Origin: Fistulifera solaris
Taxonomy: Eukaryota
Assembly (NCBI GenBank): GCA_030295235.1
Contig: AP026126.1
Span: 1,116,001 to 1,180,000 of the forward strand
Length of the DNA: 64,000 bases
Direction of reading: 5' to 3'
Positions 1-13,100 of the stretch are shown here, one piece after another. Below the pieces are notes generated by a model. It had not been told where the DNA came from. It did no database searches and saw only the letters and a program-made list of their open reading frames with translations. The translations under genes were made by a program, and so were the position numbers. Within the stretch, counting starts at the first letter, position 1; every line of letters starts with the position of its first letter.

Positions 1-569
1 TCGAAACAGTAGCCTCCACGTCAAGACTAGGAAGTTGTAAGCCGACACCGTGCTGAGAGGTGTTCTCGAATGGTATGTTTGCCAAGTGCGCTTCTTGCAC
101 ACGGCAAAGATTCTCGTACGTCGGAACAGAGAAGTCTAAAGATTGCAGGCCGAGACGAGTCACGTAGAGCGGTGTCAACTTCATAGTACTGCGACGAGTT
201 GAATTCAAAATTGAAATATTTTGTGAGCTTGATTCTTTTCAACCGTCAGGAAGGGAAACGCTCGGCGAACTGTCAGGAAAATCGGAACGAGTTTTTGTGG
301 GGGGAAGTTCGTGGGCATTCTCAAAGGTTCATGAAGTAAACTACAAAGGGATACTGGTTCATCACTAGGACCTGCAAATCCGTATTTCAGGGCTAGCCGT
401 ATGTATTGTATTCTTGAGTTCCAACAATGAAGTAGAGTCTAGAGAGTAGATGGATCATACGGAAAAGTCATTATTATGAGTTATGAGTTATTCGTCTATG
501 AGCTATGGTAGCAAACAATGATACCGGGTTAATGAACCTCAGTTCAGCCGAAAAGAACAAAAGTGTGAT

Positions 570-2319
570 CTAGAGTGGCTTGCCCTCAACATTGGCATAT
601 CGATCGTGAAGTCTTGCTTCGATGGTCCTTAGCAGCACATGATTCATAAGAAGCGGCGTCTCTTCCGAGCTGATTTGTATACTGTCAAGAAGAGGATTCA
701 AAGACTGAGGCACAGAGTCTTGTCGGACAGAGGCCCGAGAAGAGTCAACTGTAACACGAAGTACATCAAGAATATCCTGCCAGTTCAAAAGCTGACTCGA
801 ATCAAGTACGCCGTCGCCTTCTCTTTTCTGCCGCACGGACATGGCGATCCTCTGAAATAATGTGTCAATCTGAGAGCGCGCTTCAGTACGAAGAATGGTG
901 TTAATGTGTTCTCTTTCTTTGACGTCTATAAGCCTCCAAGCACATCCGCATGTTGTACGTTTTCCCAAGAAATGAGCTTCCAGAGAAATAGCCTCCTTAA
1001 AAACAAGCTTGCAGCAAGAGCACTTGAGTGGATCGTCGCCGTTAGACATTTTTATTCCCAAGCGGCTGCATCTGTTTCGTGTCGAAGTAGCAGAGCGAGT
1101 AATATTTTCTGTCAGAAAGTTGGCATGAAAAGATGAAGGAAAAATAGTCGAAGCAGTTGCATGTACAGCCCGCTGCCAAGCACGACTGAGCAACAGCTGA
1201 GGAACGTCGTCAGATAATACGTTGACCATGCCACTCAGTTCTAACGATGACCACATCTGAAGTTCGTCCTTTTGCTTCTTTGTTCTCGGAATAAGCGACG
1301 AAAGACGAAGCGATTCAAAAGCTAGCGGATGTATGCCGTCTCCATGTTCCTTGTCCCATAAAGTGTCATCTGGCAAAAGAACTTTCTTTGACTTGGATGA
1401 CTTTCCGGGTACTTTGGGCCACGGATCATTCTCAAATCCGTACCGCGTAGTGTATAGGCGACAATCTTCTCTATGAAGATGTAGACCATCCGAACTCGCA
1501 GTTTGCGTGGTAGTTCCTCGCGTCACTTTTGTTTTGTTCGTTCCCGTACTAAAATAATCTTGAATGCGCTTATGTTTGGATTTAAAGTCCCAACCAGTAC
1601 GAATGACGTGCTCCAAATCAGCTAGTTGATCAGGTTTTAGGTGAACGGGATGTAAACACACGAGGTCATCGTCCTTTTTTTTGGATTTGTGCTTTCGTGC
1701 CAAGACGGCCATCTTTTTGGGTCTCGGCTGTTGGACCGCATCCGCTTTCACTTTAGACTTTTTCGCCGAAACAGGGGTCATTTCTTTAGGTTTAGGTTTT
1801 CGCGTCAATTTGGTGGTCTTTTTTGGACTTTAGGGTACGCGTGACTGCGTCTGCTGTTTTTGCCTTTCGTTTCCTCCCATATGGGACCTTAAACGGTTTC
1901 AGGTCTCTCGAAGGTATCGACAATCCAGGGAGATTGAGAGTGCTGGGTTGTTGATCAGCATCGAGAGCACTAGTTTGTGCATTAGGATCACGGGTCCCAG
2001 GTTCCAAATTACCACGGATTGCATCTCCTGTTTCTTTCTTTTGTTTTTTCCTCGGCGGTACCTTCAGGGGTTTAAGAACTGAAGGAGGTATAGATAATCC
2101 AGGGAGATTGTTAGTAGTGTTTTGTGTATTAGCATCATTATTCTGAGCTGGATAGCCAAGTGGCATGAAAACTGGAAAAGGGAAAAAGTATTGCGGCATC
2201 ATAACAAGCGACGTATCAGGTGCTTTAGCGCTTTCCTCCATTTGACCATGGTCCGATGTGTCTTTTCGATGGTGTTCGTCGCTGGATTTGTCTATTGTTT
2301 TCTTTGAAGTGGAATCCAT
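570..2319 (-). CDS. Hypothetical basic protein with an internal duplication and a C2H2-like zinc finger; probable frameshift near 1800
   Basis: ORFs 1792-2409 and 570-1808 overlap on the same strand. First ATG is MDSTSKK at 2319. There are two NLPGLSIP..LKP.KVP repeats, and CSCCKLVFKEAISLEAHFLGKRTTC resembles a zinc finger. Confidence 0.6.
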
Positions 2320-2406
2320 TTCGACAGGCAATCGTTTCTGTTCATGGCCGCAAAATAAGAATAAATAATGATGATGGATGCAATCGACGAATGAGAGTGT
2401 GTGGCC

Positions 2407-2872
2407 CAAAACACCGTTTCCAGACAGACTTTCTGAACCTAAGACAGAATTTCTGTATGATTAAACACTACAAACGAAAACACCGACTCATCCAGAATTT
2501 CTGGAAGGTACACAGAGTTTCTGTAAAATCTAAATCGACGTTTACAGAATCTCTTGAGGTCTTAGATTTTTTGTATGATAAGAAACACTAGCTCCAGAAT
2601 TTTTGAAACCTAAATCATATTATTTATTGTATGAACAAAAACACCGTTTGCAGAATATCAGCACCGTACCCAGAATTTCATTGACCAGTCGTCCAGAATT
2701 TCCGCGAAGTACACAGGATTTTCTTTATGGCATTACACCGTTTCTAGATTATCAAGAACGTACCCAGCAATTCTGTACGACCAAAAACACCCATTCCAGA
2801 ATTTATAGAACATCCATAGAATTTTTGTATGACCAGAAACACTGGCTCCAGAATTTCTGGGACCTAAACCTA
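2407..2872. repeat. Degenerate ~50-56 bp tandem repeat array with TGTAYGA / AAACAC / CCAGAATTT(CTGG) motifs
   Basis: TGTAYGA occurs at 2454, 2572, 2628, 2774 and 2826. CCAGAATTT occurs at 2492, 2594, 2670, 2693, 2796 and 2848. Confidence 0.75.
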
Positions 2873-3533
2873 ACAATAGACTCGATTTAATCACGCATCA
2901 CGTTCGCCTCATTTATCCGCCGCCGCTACCCGCTACGGTACTGCAAACAACTTTAGACTTTAGGTTAAATGGTCCTGTGCAAAAAAACTTTATGAACAAG
3001 AGCTTCCACAAAGTATTGATTATAGTGTAGGCTAATGTATTACTGAAAGTACAGAGTTGTATCCCAATAATAAAAATACACGGAGTACCAAGTATAAAAT
3101 ATTAAAAGTGAAAAGTGAAGTTCCGGCTCAGTTGAAAGAGTGGGTACAGGTACCGGGTAACCTTACCACGCACCGTACTGTAATTGAATCTGATTGGGGT
3201 TTGGGTCCCATCGCCCATAGCGTGAAACGGCTTTATTGCTACATGCCAGTCCCAAATGACTTTTTTCGAGCTTTCTCTTCTCTCCAGAAGAGAGTGCCAG
3301 GTGCCAGGTGCCTGATTGTCAAGCGTCAAGCCAGTTTTTGGAAGAATGTTCTTGGGTGCGACCAAAAACTAAAAAAAAAACTCAAAATCTCGATCCCCCT
3401 GTTCCTTTTACCTTTTGACCCCTTTATCAGTGAAAGTGATACCCTTGTCTAACGCCTAATCAATACAACCAGGTGCAACAGCACAAAAGTGCAGATTCTT
3501 GTTTAAACTCACTGGCAAACCAACTGCGATATC

Positions 3534-4166
3534 ATGAACATGGATTCCAACACAAAAGATGCCGGCTTGTCGTCTTCCTTCAGAAATTTGAGGCGGTTAC
3601 CCAAACGTAGTGGCAGCGGTTTCAGCGCATTAAGCTTGCTCAGTCGGAATAGCGGGGATACAAGTCGCGTCAAGGACACTCCGGGTAGAAGGTTTGTTCC
3701 GCGCAGACAATCAAAAGACACCCTTTCCTGCTCAGTTAATGCCGAAAAGATGCAGCGCCGGGCAGAGCGAAAGAAACTCCAACAAGCAATTGATAAGTTA
3801 CACAGCGAATCAGACAAAGAACTTTCTCAGGACGAAGTTATAAAGTTAATGAGTAAGGAATTGGCACGCTCGTCTCTCTCAAAACAAACGGCATCTTGTA
3901 CCGATGATTCTGCGCAAGGAGACGACGCTCAGTCTGCGTGCGCGGCTCCTTCATACATGGAAAGATGGCTTCCTCGAGTGACTAGTCCCGCAACAGTGGA
4001 GAATCAAAGCACCAGAAGCGGTTCCATTGGCGTTAGCACATTGGGCGTGTTCTCCAGCGCTGATGTTCATTATGATGTCGATGTTAGAGTTGAATCCGAT
4101 GATCAATCTGTTTTCAAGCCCCCAGAATACATCGAGTTTGTCACTCCCCAGCTGATCGAGCTATAA
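3534..4166 (+). CDS. Hypothetical Ser/Arg-rich protein (210 aa)
   Basis: ATG-initiated ORF with coding-like composition flanked by AT-rich DNA; no recognisable domain. Confidence 0.6.
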   Translation: MNMDSNTKDAGLSSSFRNLRRLPKRSGSGFSALSLLSRNSGDTSRVKDTPGRRFVPRRQSKDTLSCSVNAEKMQRRAERKKLQQAIDKLHSESDKELSQDEVIKLMSKELARSSLSKQTASCTDDSAQGDDAQSACAAPSYMERWLPRVTSPATVENQSTRSGSIGVSTLGVFSSADVHYDVDVRVESDDQSVFKPPEYIEFVTPQLIEL

Positions 4167-5136
4167 TAGATCATTCACCAGGATCCTATAATTTAGCTTT
4201 TTGTTATACTTTGTGCGTCGACCATTTCTTGTACCAGGTAGAAATATCTGCTACAAGAGTTGACGTTTCCATTATCTAAAAACAGGGTCGTTGACTTCAA
4301 CATATATTAAAAAGTTGCATTTGTAGCCCAATTCTTTATTTCTTACCTGGTAAGTCAAACATCATCCCACACCCTCGATCGTTCGCCACGACTAAATTTC
4401 ATTTATAGCAAATCTGTTGAAATACCATTTCCGCGAAATTACAACTCCTAGCTTTCGCCTATTAGCATCCTGAAGCAACGCACTTCCTTGAAACAGTCTT
4501 GAGCCATGATCCAGCTAAGTTGTCGAAAATATTATAGAAATAATATTATAACGTTCTACTTGTCAATCACTTCAGTCTCCATCGTAAACCCATTAATCCC
4601 AAAGTGTACGCGAACCGCCAAGTAGATTAAAAATTTTCACTCCGTCGCATCAAAAAACTTTTTACACCGCAATACGAACTCTTTACCGATATATCGTTAG
4701 AAAAACATTTTGAAGCTTATCGATTGTTGCAATTACAATCGTTAATCAATTATTGATGTTGAAAAGCATTGTCAACAAGTCCTATTTTCTACTAAAGTCC
4801 AACAGATGTTGTCCGGTATATCCACGACTGGATGTCAGTCATGAATGTGATGATGCGAGAATGACGACGAATGACGCTGTGTTTCGTAATTTGCCACGTC
4901 ATTGTTGCGTCATAGCTATTTTTTTAACTCATGAAGTTGAGGATAGAAAACAACGGACCCGCAGCTCGCGTACCAGGTACGGTACCCTGGTACAAGTACT
5001 TATCCGCCGTAGACTTCGACCGCCTGTCGTCCAAGAAGTCCAAACGAGTGTTGCTGTGTTGCTGCCATCGCCATCAACTCTTCGCTTTTCTCTCCGTAAA
5101 TCATTGACCTTGTTTGTTAGTATACCGACCAATACG

Positions 5137-6155
5137 ATGCCTACCAAATTCGCCGATATCGATAAGCCTGTCAAGGGTGAGTATATTCAGACTTCTTTGA
5201 TTGATACGAAAAGAATGGTGCTCAAACACGCGTCATCAAGATGAATGATGATGACGTGCGCTTCCTTCGGTCCTACGCTGCTTTTGTACTGATCGACAGC
5301 TACTTCTCTGTTTCTTGTCTTTGTGATGCCAAGCACATTTAACTAACTCATCCTTCATTACTTTAATTCTTATGTGTAATTTGTATTTAAAAAGACATCT
5401 TGAACGACGACTACACCTCCAAGGTCTCGCTCAAGTGCAAGAGCAATGCCGGACCCGTTGCCGTTACGATCGAGACGGAGCGAGGTGCAACTGGAGCTCT
5501 TGCGTCGAAAATTGGTACCAAGTTCTCGTACGCTAAATTCAATGTCGATAAGGGACAGTTGACGGCCGATGGTGGTTCTGCCTTGGAGACGTCGATGAAG
5601 CTCACCCCAGATATTAAGCTTTCATTCAAGACCTCGAAAGGAGCTGATTTGGGCATTGATTACACCTTGGGCAGTTTTTACGCCACCGGTGTCCTTGATG
5701 TGCAGAACATGTCGAAGGTCAGCACCTCTGCCTGCTATGCTCTTCCTTCTGGATTGAAAGTCGGTGGTGATGCCGTTTACTCTCTTTCTGGAAAGACAAC
5801 CGGACTTGCCGGATTCAATGTCGGCGCAAGCTATGCCAAAGGGCCCATCTTCACCAGTCTCGTCAGCTCCAAGTTCTCTACCTACAGTGTTTCTGTTGGA
5901 TACAATGTCAACCAGGACCTCACCATTGCCTCTCTAACAACTCACTCTGCTGAAAATCGCTGCAACCTTGTGGGTGTCGGTGCGTCTTACAAGAACCCCG
6001 TCATCGGTATGCTCAAAGCAAAGGTCGGCAGCGACGGAGTCGTCCATGCATGCCTTGTCAAGGACATTGCACCCAAGGTGTCGTTGACGGCTTCGGGATC
6101 CATGTTGGCCACTGATCCTTCTACCTTCAAGCCTGGTTTCGGAATTGCCATGTAA
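5137..6155 (+). CDS. VDAC: Mitochondrial porin / voltage-dependent anion channel; intron 5177-5394
   Basis: The spliced N-terminus MPTKFADIDKPVKDILNDDY is typical of VDAC. The rest shows an alternating beta-strand pattern and ends FKPGFGIAM. The intron has GTGAGT...AAG boundaries. Confidence 0.9.
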
Positions 6156-7145
6156 AGTTGTCAGCAGATTAAGCAGCCAATAACGACATCTGAATTTAAC
6201 AAGTTGAGTTTGTAGCAACGTCTCACATGATCCTATTGTAGTTGTTTCTCCTAAATCTTTAATGTGGATCGTAGAATTTCTATGGAATAGACGAGTCAGA
6301 TGACGAACAATCATAGCGATTTGCGATGCAGAGCCGGTACAATACAAATTACCCTGATGTCAGAAAGCTCGACTTTCCACCCAACGCTTAGTTTTTAGTC
6401 AAATAGTTTCATCCGTTTCCTGTCATTCAACGAAGTAGTTCATTTATTTCCTATTTGTATTCGTGATGTCCGTCACCTGCAATTTGTACCTTAGCTGTTG
6501 TGTTCAAACAATATGTGCACGCTCATGCAAACGACGTGGTGGTTTAGCTGAAAGTTTGCCATATTTTTTTGCCTTTTCGGTACTTCTTCAGTAGCCCTAT
6601 ATCAGACGCGCTCGGACTTTCGATGCCGTACAATTATTTAAACACAATATCTAGTAGTTTCCGTTGAGTACAATGTCTGTCGACCATCTGTAACTCGTAT
6701 TGTACTTAGTGTCCAGGTTACGATACGACAAGTACCTCGCATACGTACGTCGACGGTTGAGAGTTGCGTTGGCATGCGAAAGCTTTCGGACGCTTTTTGC
6801 TGATGTACTTTTTGTACTAGACTCCAAGAGGTGGAATGAAGAAACAGCTGCACGAAACAAAACGGACGAGAGTTTACTTCAAGAATGACACGTTCGATCT
6901 TTCTCTGTTCTGCTTCTTAATAATTTCAAATAGCTACCAGGTAGTACATGATAAACGCGGGTGTATTGATTATAAGCACCCTATCAACAGCAACAGACAA
7001 ACCCCAACCCTCCTATTCGGTTGGTTGCTCGAAGCGTGTTGTAGAAGAGCGTGGAAGTCGCTGCGCCAGAAAAGTGAGCCAAAACAAGAGCGACACGATT
7101 GTGAATACTGGTACCTTTTGCTTACAAAGCTTTGCGACACGTAAA

Positions 7146-9352
7146 ATGAGGCATCTGGGAAAATGGAAGAGAGCGTTGATCGGCACAATTGTTGGTGGTA
7201 TCGTCGGCATTACACAATCTAGCTGGGTCGATCCTGACACTCCAGCAGCTGAAAAAGTACCCCAGCGACGGGCACTCACCCCTGGAGACGATCGACACTA
7301 CGGCTTAGTAAGTATAAATCTATCGCAAACGGTCTCTAACATCCCGTGTCTGTGCCGTAGCTCAAGAAACGTTTCACGATTTACAGGTATTCTCAGATGA
7401 GTTCGAAATCGACGGCAGAATGTTCAACGACGGATACGACCCACGATGGACCGCCATAAACAAAAATGATTGTGAGTTTTGAAGCGTATTGATGTAAACT
7501 GAAAGTATTGATTCTCATAAAACCGTGTACCTTAGATACAAATAAGGCCCTCCATTTTTACAGCTCCGAGAATGCGAAGACAAAAAATGGCGTGTTAACG
7601 ATTCTGACGGAGCAAAAGAGAATTCATACAAGGCATTTGACGAAACGAAAAAGACGTTTTATGCCGACAAAAGTACATACAATCTGCAATGCTTCAAAGC
7701 TGGAATAAGTTTTGTTTTGTTGGGGGAATCATCGAATTCAGAGCCAAGTTGCCAGGGGACCCAAAGATAGGAGGACTGTGGCCAGCACGTAAGTTTTTAT
7801 TTGTGGTCCTATTGCGAGTGCGTGATTTAAGATGCTAACGTACGCTATCAAAATAGTTTGGATGCTTGGTAATTTGGCAAGAGCGACTTATGTCGGCTCA
7901 TCAGATTACATGTGGCCCTACAGCTACAATCGTTGCGACACAAGGACACGAATAAGTCAGGAAATAGACGCGTGCGCAAAGGTGAACCATTACGGGATGC
8001 AGGCTTACACTGGTAGAGGGGCACCAGAGATAGATATTATAGAAGCTATGCAAGGCGAAGCTGGAAAATTACCTAGCACATATATCCAAAGGCCATATCA
8101 ATCAACGTCGCTACAAATAGCACCTGGGGTGGAAATCGACCGACCTATTCTCGGAAAACGGCCTCATGAGGTAAGTTGGAACTATGAAAAAATACTTGTC
8201 GGAATCGAGTAAATACATCTCACATTGTGAAACAGGGCCACTGGTACGAAGATCTGGATTATGGTAATAGCACAAATGTCACCGTCGACCTCAATCCGTT
8301 CTTTTACGGTGTCACCCTGGTGCATAAGCCAAAGCAATACACGTATCAGGCCGACGCGATTTCGGCCAATCTACAATTAAATGATACCCATTACAACTCT
8401 ATGCACTTATATCGCGTTGAGTGGGAGCCTCCTGCAGAAGATGGCTCCGGTGGATACCTGAGATGGTACACAGACGAAAAGTTTGTGTTTGGTATAAATG
8501 GTGATAGTTTGAGTATAATGCAGTCAGAGATACCAAGCGAACCTATGTATCTTCTTATGAATACTGCCGTGTCAAGTTCATGGGGATTCCCGGCACCATG
8601 TCCCGACAATTGCGAGTGCGAATGTTTCGAGTGCGGAAATCCTGCGTGTCAGTGTGCGTTGCCAACAGATTACTGTAGTAACTTCCCAGCCAGCTTTGAT
8701 ATCGACTATGTTCGTGTCTACCAAGCAGTTAATGAGTCAAGACATATCTTGGGATGTTCTCCAGAAAGCAGGCCGACGGAGAAATGGATTGAGGGCCATG
8801 CTCAGCGATACATGGAGGAAGGGGACAAGGCACCACTAAGGCCGCTTCAGACAGGCGGAATGCCCTGCGAAAAGGACAGGGACTGTGGAGGAAAGTTACA
8901 TGGCATATGCGTATCGGGTAGATGTGCATGCGAAGATGGATACACGGGGCCAAGCTGCCTTGCCCACGCTGGATTTTATGACGAAGATACTGGCGCTCAT
9001 CCCGAACCTTTTCTTTGTAAGTTAACCAATCGTCATCACGCGTGTTCGCCCGTTTAGTTCTCACCCTTTCCCTGTTTTAGTGAGCAAAATCGTTGTTCCG
9101 AAAAGTCTTCTGATGGCCGCCCTTTTACTAGTGGCCGGCTTCCTGTTCAGCTTGCTGAGAACAACTCGTTTAAAGTATGAAGAAGCTCGGTATCGAAAAA
9201 TTCCAAACGTTGGTTCGGACGGAGCAGACGTACCAGTCGTAAATGGTTCTGTGACGTCTTATCAACAGACCCCGCCTCAGTTTAACTATGCTGTCCCAGA
9301 AGAGAAGATCAACACCTACTGTGTGATTGACTCACGACTAGTAGATTCTTGA
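7146..9352 (+). CDS. KRE6/SKN1-like GH16 beta-1,6-transglycosylase (diatom TGS type); five introns, two A-run frameshifts at ~7615 and ~7670
   Basis: Signal peptide, SWVDPDTP, FSDEF, QSWNKFCF, GLWPA-WMLGNL, catalytic GAPEIDIIE, EPMYLLMN and IDYVRVYQ, followed by an EGF-like Cys module and a C-terminal transmembrane helix. Confidence 0.88.
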
Positions 9353-9396
9353 AATAGCCCGATTTCAGTCTGAGATATGCCGAAACGCCGGTGTCT

Positions 9397-10599
9397 TTAA
9401 TACAACAACCTGCAATATAATCAGCGAAAGGTGTTAATTTGGTCTGACTTGCCTTTAAATAAGGCGCATGGACATACCTTACTAAGAACATTCGATCCCA
9501 ATATTTGCCAGTAACATAAAGAAGGTCGGGGTCGCTTGAAACGGAGATCCCATTAAAGACTTCAGCACCTCTTCCTTGTTCTTCCCGTTCCTCCTCTGGC
9601 CACAACGAACTAAAGTCTATGCATAACTGATAAGAACATAGCCGGGTAGCGCGAATAGTTCCGAACAAAGGTGCTTACCGTATTCCTTTTCCACTACCCC
9701 CGTTTCCGGATCGATAACAATGAGAACGTCCTCGTACCATATGTTTGCCAAAACTCTGCCTCTCCACCATTCCAACTCGTTGATATTCTTGGAGTTTCTA
9801 GAATTTTGCCGTTTCACCTCGACTTTCCGTTTCAAAGCAAAAGTATCCGGATCCCAGAAATGCAAGAACTTGGAACCATCACTCGCGATAAGTTCATGTT
9901 TCGATGCATCATACGTCAGTCCCCATCCCTCTCCCGTCGTTGTATTGAAATGAAATTGATCCGGTGGCGCAGTTATGTTCTTGGAGTCGAAGATGAATCC
10001 GCGTTTCGCTTTGTAAGTAAGAACGTAAAGCTTCGAGTCCACAACCGTCAGCCCTTCACCGAAATATTTACTACCTGAAGGGAAAGACTGAGATTCAATG
10101 ACTTCACCCGTTTGTGGATCCAATCTCTGGACTTTGGAGTGGCCATTCATACCGCTGCTTTCAAACAATGAGCCGTTGAAATACGCCAGCCCTTCTCTGT
10201 GGAACAAAGCACGGAGAGAGTGAGAAGTGTAAATAGGGCATTAAACGTGGTAAATCGACTATAAACTGACATGAAAGAATTGCTATCATGCTTTAGTTGT
10301 TTGACAATCTCGTATTTAATTCCGTCCTCAAGCGTTACAACGGCGGCGGCCCAGCTTGCTTGTTCGTCGTTCATCGTTTTTTCTGGTGAATTATCGTCAA
10401 TCAGTACATCAGTTTTCACAAAATCGTTTCGACGGTAGAAGAAGGCCAGCGACGCTATGACGCCACTCAGGAGAAGAGAGACGAGAACAAGACCCGCAGT
10501 AACTTTTCGCGGACTTCTCCTTTCTACAATGTCTCTGGGGAGTGACATTTCGAGGTTTTGTCTACCTCGAGGGAACGTCATTTCAACATCACCGCTCAT
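9397..10599 (-). CDS. Glutaminyl-peptide cyclotransferase (plant/bacterial beta-propeller type) with N-terminal membrane anchor; three introns
   Basis: HD..SF-TEGL, FESSG, FGEGLT, EGWGLT, SDGS, INELEW, ANIW, VFNGI and TGKYW motifs. The last mini-exon encodes R-L-L-Y-stop at 9409-9397. Confidence 0.9.
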
Positions 10600-12111
10600 T
10601 GTTCTTTTTCTCCTGTGGCTCTAAATCGATAGATTTCGCTTTTGCAACAGCAAAGAGAAATTTCTGATTGTCATAAAGAGAAGTGTATGTAAACGTAAAA
10701 TAATAATCGACGAGAGTTCCCGGACAAATCGAAGGAGTGACTCAAACTCAATGGGGGTGACATTGGGGGAAAAGGGAAAAGGATAAGTGTGGAGTGTGGA
10801 GGCAGTTTCAAGTTCAGTCACGAGAGAATTGAGTCGTCGTCGTCCTGTTGTTGTTTGTTTTCCGTTTTCATCCTTTGGTCTGTGCTCTGTGCGTGCTGCG
10901 TCAAATCCAGTTCAAATTTCTCTTTTCCATAGTAAATAGTTTTGTTACGGAAGTCCTCAGTAAGTCTCTTTTTCAACTATAGTAAATAGTACCCCATTCG
11001 ACACGAGAATTAATACTTGGTCCGCAGCCCTGCGAGATCTTTAATCTATGTAGGAAACCTACCGGGAAAGACGCAGTTGGCAAAGTGGGAAGGGGTGGTG
11101 AAGGTATGATAATACATCTTCTTCTATACAGTTAGTTGAAGAGGATTGGTACAACTTATGATACTTCGTGGTAATCTTTCTACGTAACGTGGGGAGTGCA
11201 CCCCTCTTAGAAGTTTTCTGTTTCGGCCACAACAGCGGTATTTGTTTAGACCATGTTTGCTTATTCAAAGGTCTTCGCTTAGATGACACAAATCTAACAA
11301 ATTTGAAGATCAATCATACTTACATAGCCAAACGCCATACTCGCCTGCCGAGTCTTTCCATCAAACAAAAGAGTGAGTCTCAAATTCGTTCCAACACCAT
11401 CCAGACCATGTTTTGTTCCAGTTCATTGTTAATGAAACACTCATCACGACGCAATCAAATGAGTCGTCGATGATGGCTGCGCTCAACTTTTCTTCGCAGT
11501 GAATCGTAGAAGATCATCAGATATGACTTCGCTTTCGTCACGTCATCGTTATGCGCTGCTCAAGAGTCGTTCTCCGTTCAACCCAATCGTTTACTAATGG
11601 AGGAAGAGATCAGTTGCCATCATTTGCTCTTGGCTGCGCAGATATCTCGACGTGACTGTTGACCTCGTCAAGAAGGTCGTCGTCGTTCTCTGCTTCCTTC
11701 GCATTTCGCATCAATGTTCCTCGTGCTCGTGCGTCTTGTGAAACGGTCTCCGTAGATTTCCTACTGTATTTCACGCTACTATGATGGGTACAGTGTGTCG
11801 TCGTAGCTTGCACAAAATTGTAGAAGGAAGTCGTTTGAATCTCCGAAAACCGTTAATTCTGCTGGACTCGCACGCCGGCATGTCCATTCACATAGACGTG
11901 CAACTTCCTCTTCATGGCTATCAAACTTTCAATGATAGAAGGTTTGAATGCATCACAAGGATTTTGCCCCCTTGCTGATGACAGAATTCATCCACTTCCT
12001 TCATCAATACGTAGTAGCTGATTCATTCTGTCGCCCTTGAAATTCTATTCGCTAATGTCTCTCACCTTTGCAACCCCGCTTAAACAGATTCAAAATAATC
12101 ATCAAAACGAG

Positions 12112-13100
12112 ATGAAAGACGAACTGGATTTGAAGTCGAAAGACAAACTTCCTCTTCCGTCGAAGCGACCCTCAAAGAAGAAGCCAAAAGACAAGCCGAA
12201 GCGTCCTCTCAGTGCTTATAACTTCTTCTTCAAGGAGGAGCGTGAAAAGATTCTCAAAGTTGTGCTCGCAGATGACCCCGAGAAGGTTGACAACAATCCA
12301 GAGTCAGAAGACTATCTCGACGAAGAAATGCTTAAGCGCCTCCGCAAAGAGGGCGGCAAAGTCTCTTTTGAAGGTAAGACTTCTTTGCTACAGCGAGCAG
12401 TCGATTTCGATGTCACTTTAGAATTGATGTCTTACGTGATGTTATATTCAAGAGATGGGAAAGTTAATCGGTCAACGATGGAAAAACATTGAAGGTGACA
12501 ATCTGACACGCTTTTCTGAAATGGCGACAGAGGATACAGAGCGTTACAAGAAAGAAATGGCTGAGTACAATGGTCGACAAGAACAGAAAATGAGAAACGA
12601 AGCCTTGAAGCCCTCCGCCCCTGCTTTCTCACGCGCCGATATGAGCAAAGGTCACATGATGGATCCAAGCAGAGGTGGTTACCCGGACGGCTCTGGGTTT
12701 GGTAATCCGGCTATGGGCGGATACCCTGGCTATGGCATGGGCTTCGGATATGGCATGGGCATGGAAGGCATGTACCCCCCTCCTTACGGCGGATACCCAG
12801 GCATGGGAGGTCCTATGGGTCCTGACATGGGCCGCATGGAAGGCGGTCAGTACGGAGGGCCTCCCCCGATGTACGGAATGATGGGCGGCTATCCCATGGG
12901 ATACGGGTAAGAGTTGTTTTATTTTTGAAGGGAATTCGATCGCAACATCCATCTTACACTTATTCTATCGTCTCCGCAGACCTGGTCCCGAAGGATACGG
13001 CCCACCGCCTCCGGGACAGCAGCCTCCTCCAATGGATCCCTCGGGTGGTCCTCCTCCGATGTACGGATACGGTCCTCCTTCCGGTTGGGGACACCAGTAA
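12112..13100 (+). CDS. HMG-box DNA-binding protein with Gly/Pro/Met/Tyr-rich tail; introns ~12374-12453 and 12907-12979 (5' end uncertain)
   Basis: KPKRPLSAYNFFFKEER...VSFEEMGKLIGQRWK...ERYKKEM forms an HMG box. The spliced frame stays open to TAA at 13100. Confidence 0.88.

Noticed and set aside
2256..2890. ORFs 2256-2591 and 2603-2890 with repeated QNF/LY.QKH peptides
   Set aside because: They are by-products of the non-coding tandem repeat, have non-ATG starts and are broken by stops.
9397..10599. Bacterial contamination or recent horizontal transfer (bacterial-like glutaminyl cyclase, TcdA, SpoU)
   Set aside because: The glutaminyl cyclase has spliceosomal introns. All three genes are embedded among eukaryotic genes of similar composition, and these families have known eukaryotic members.
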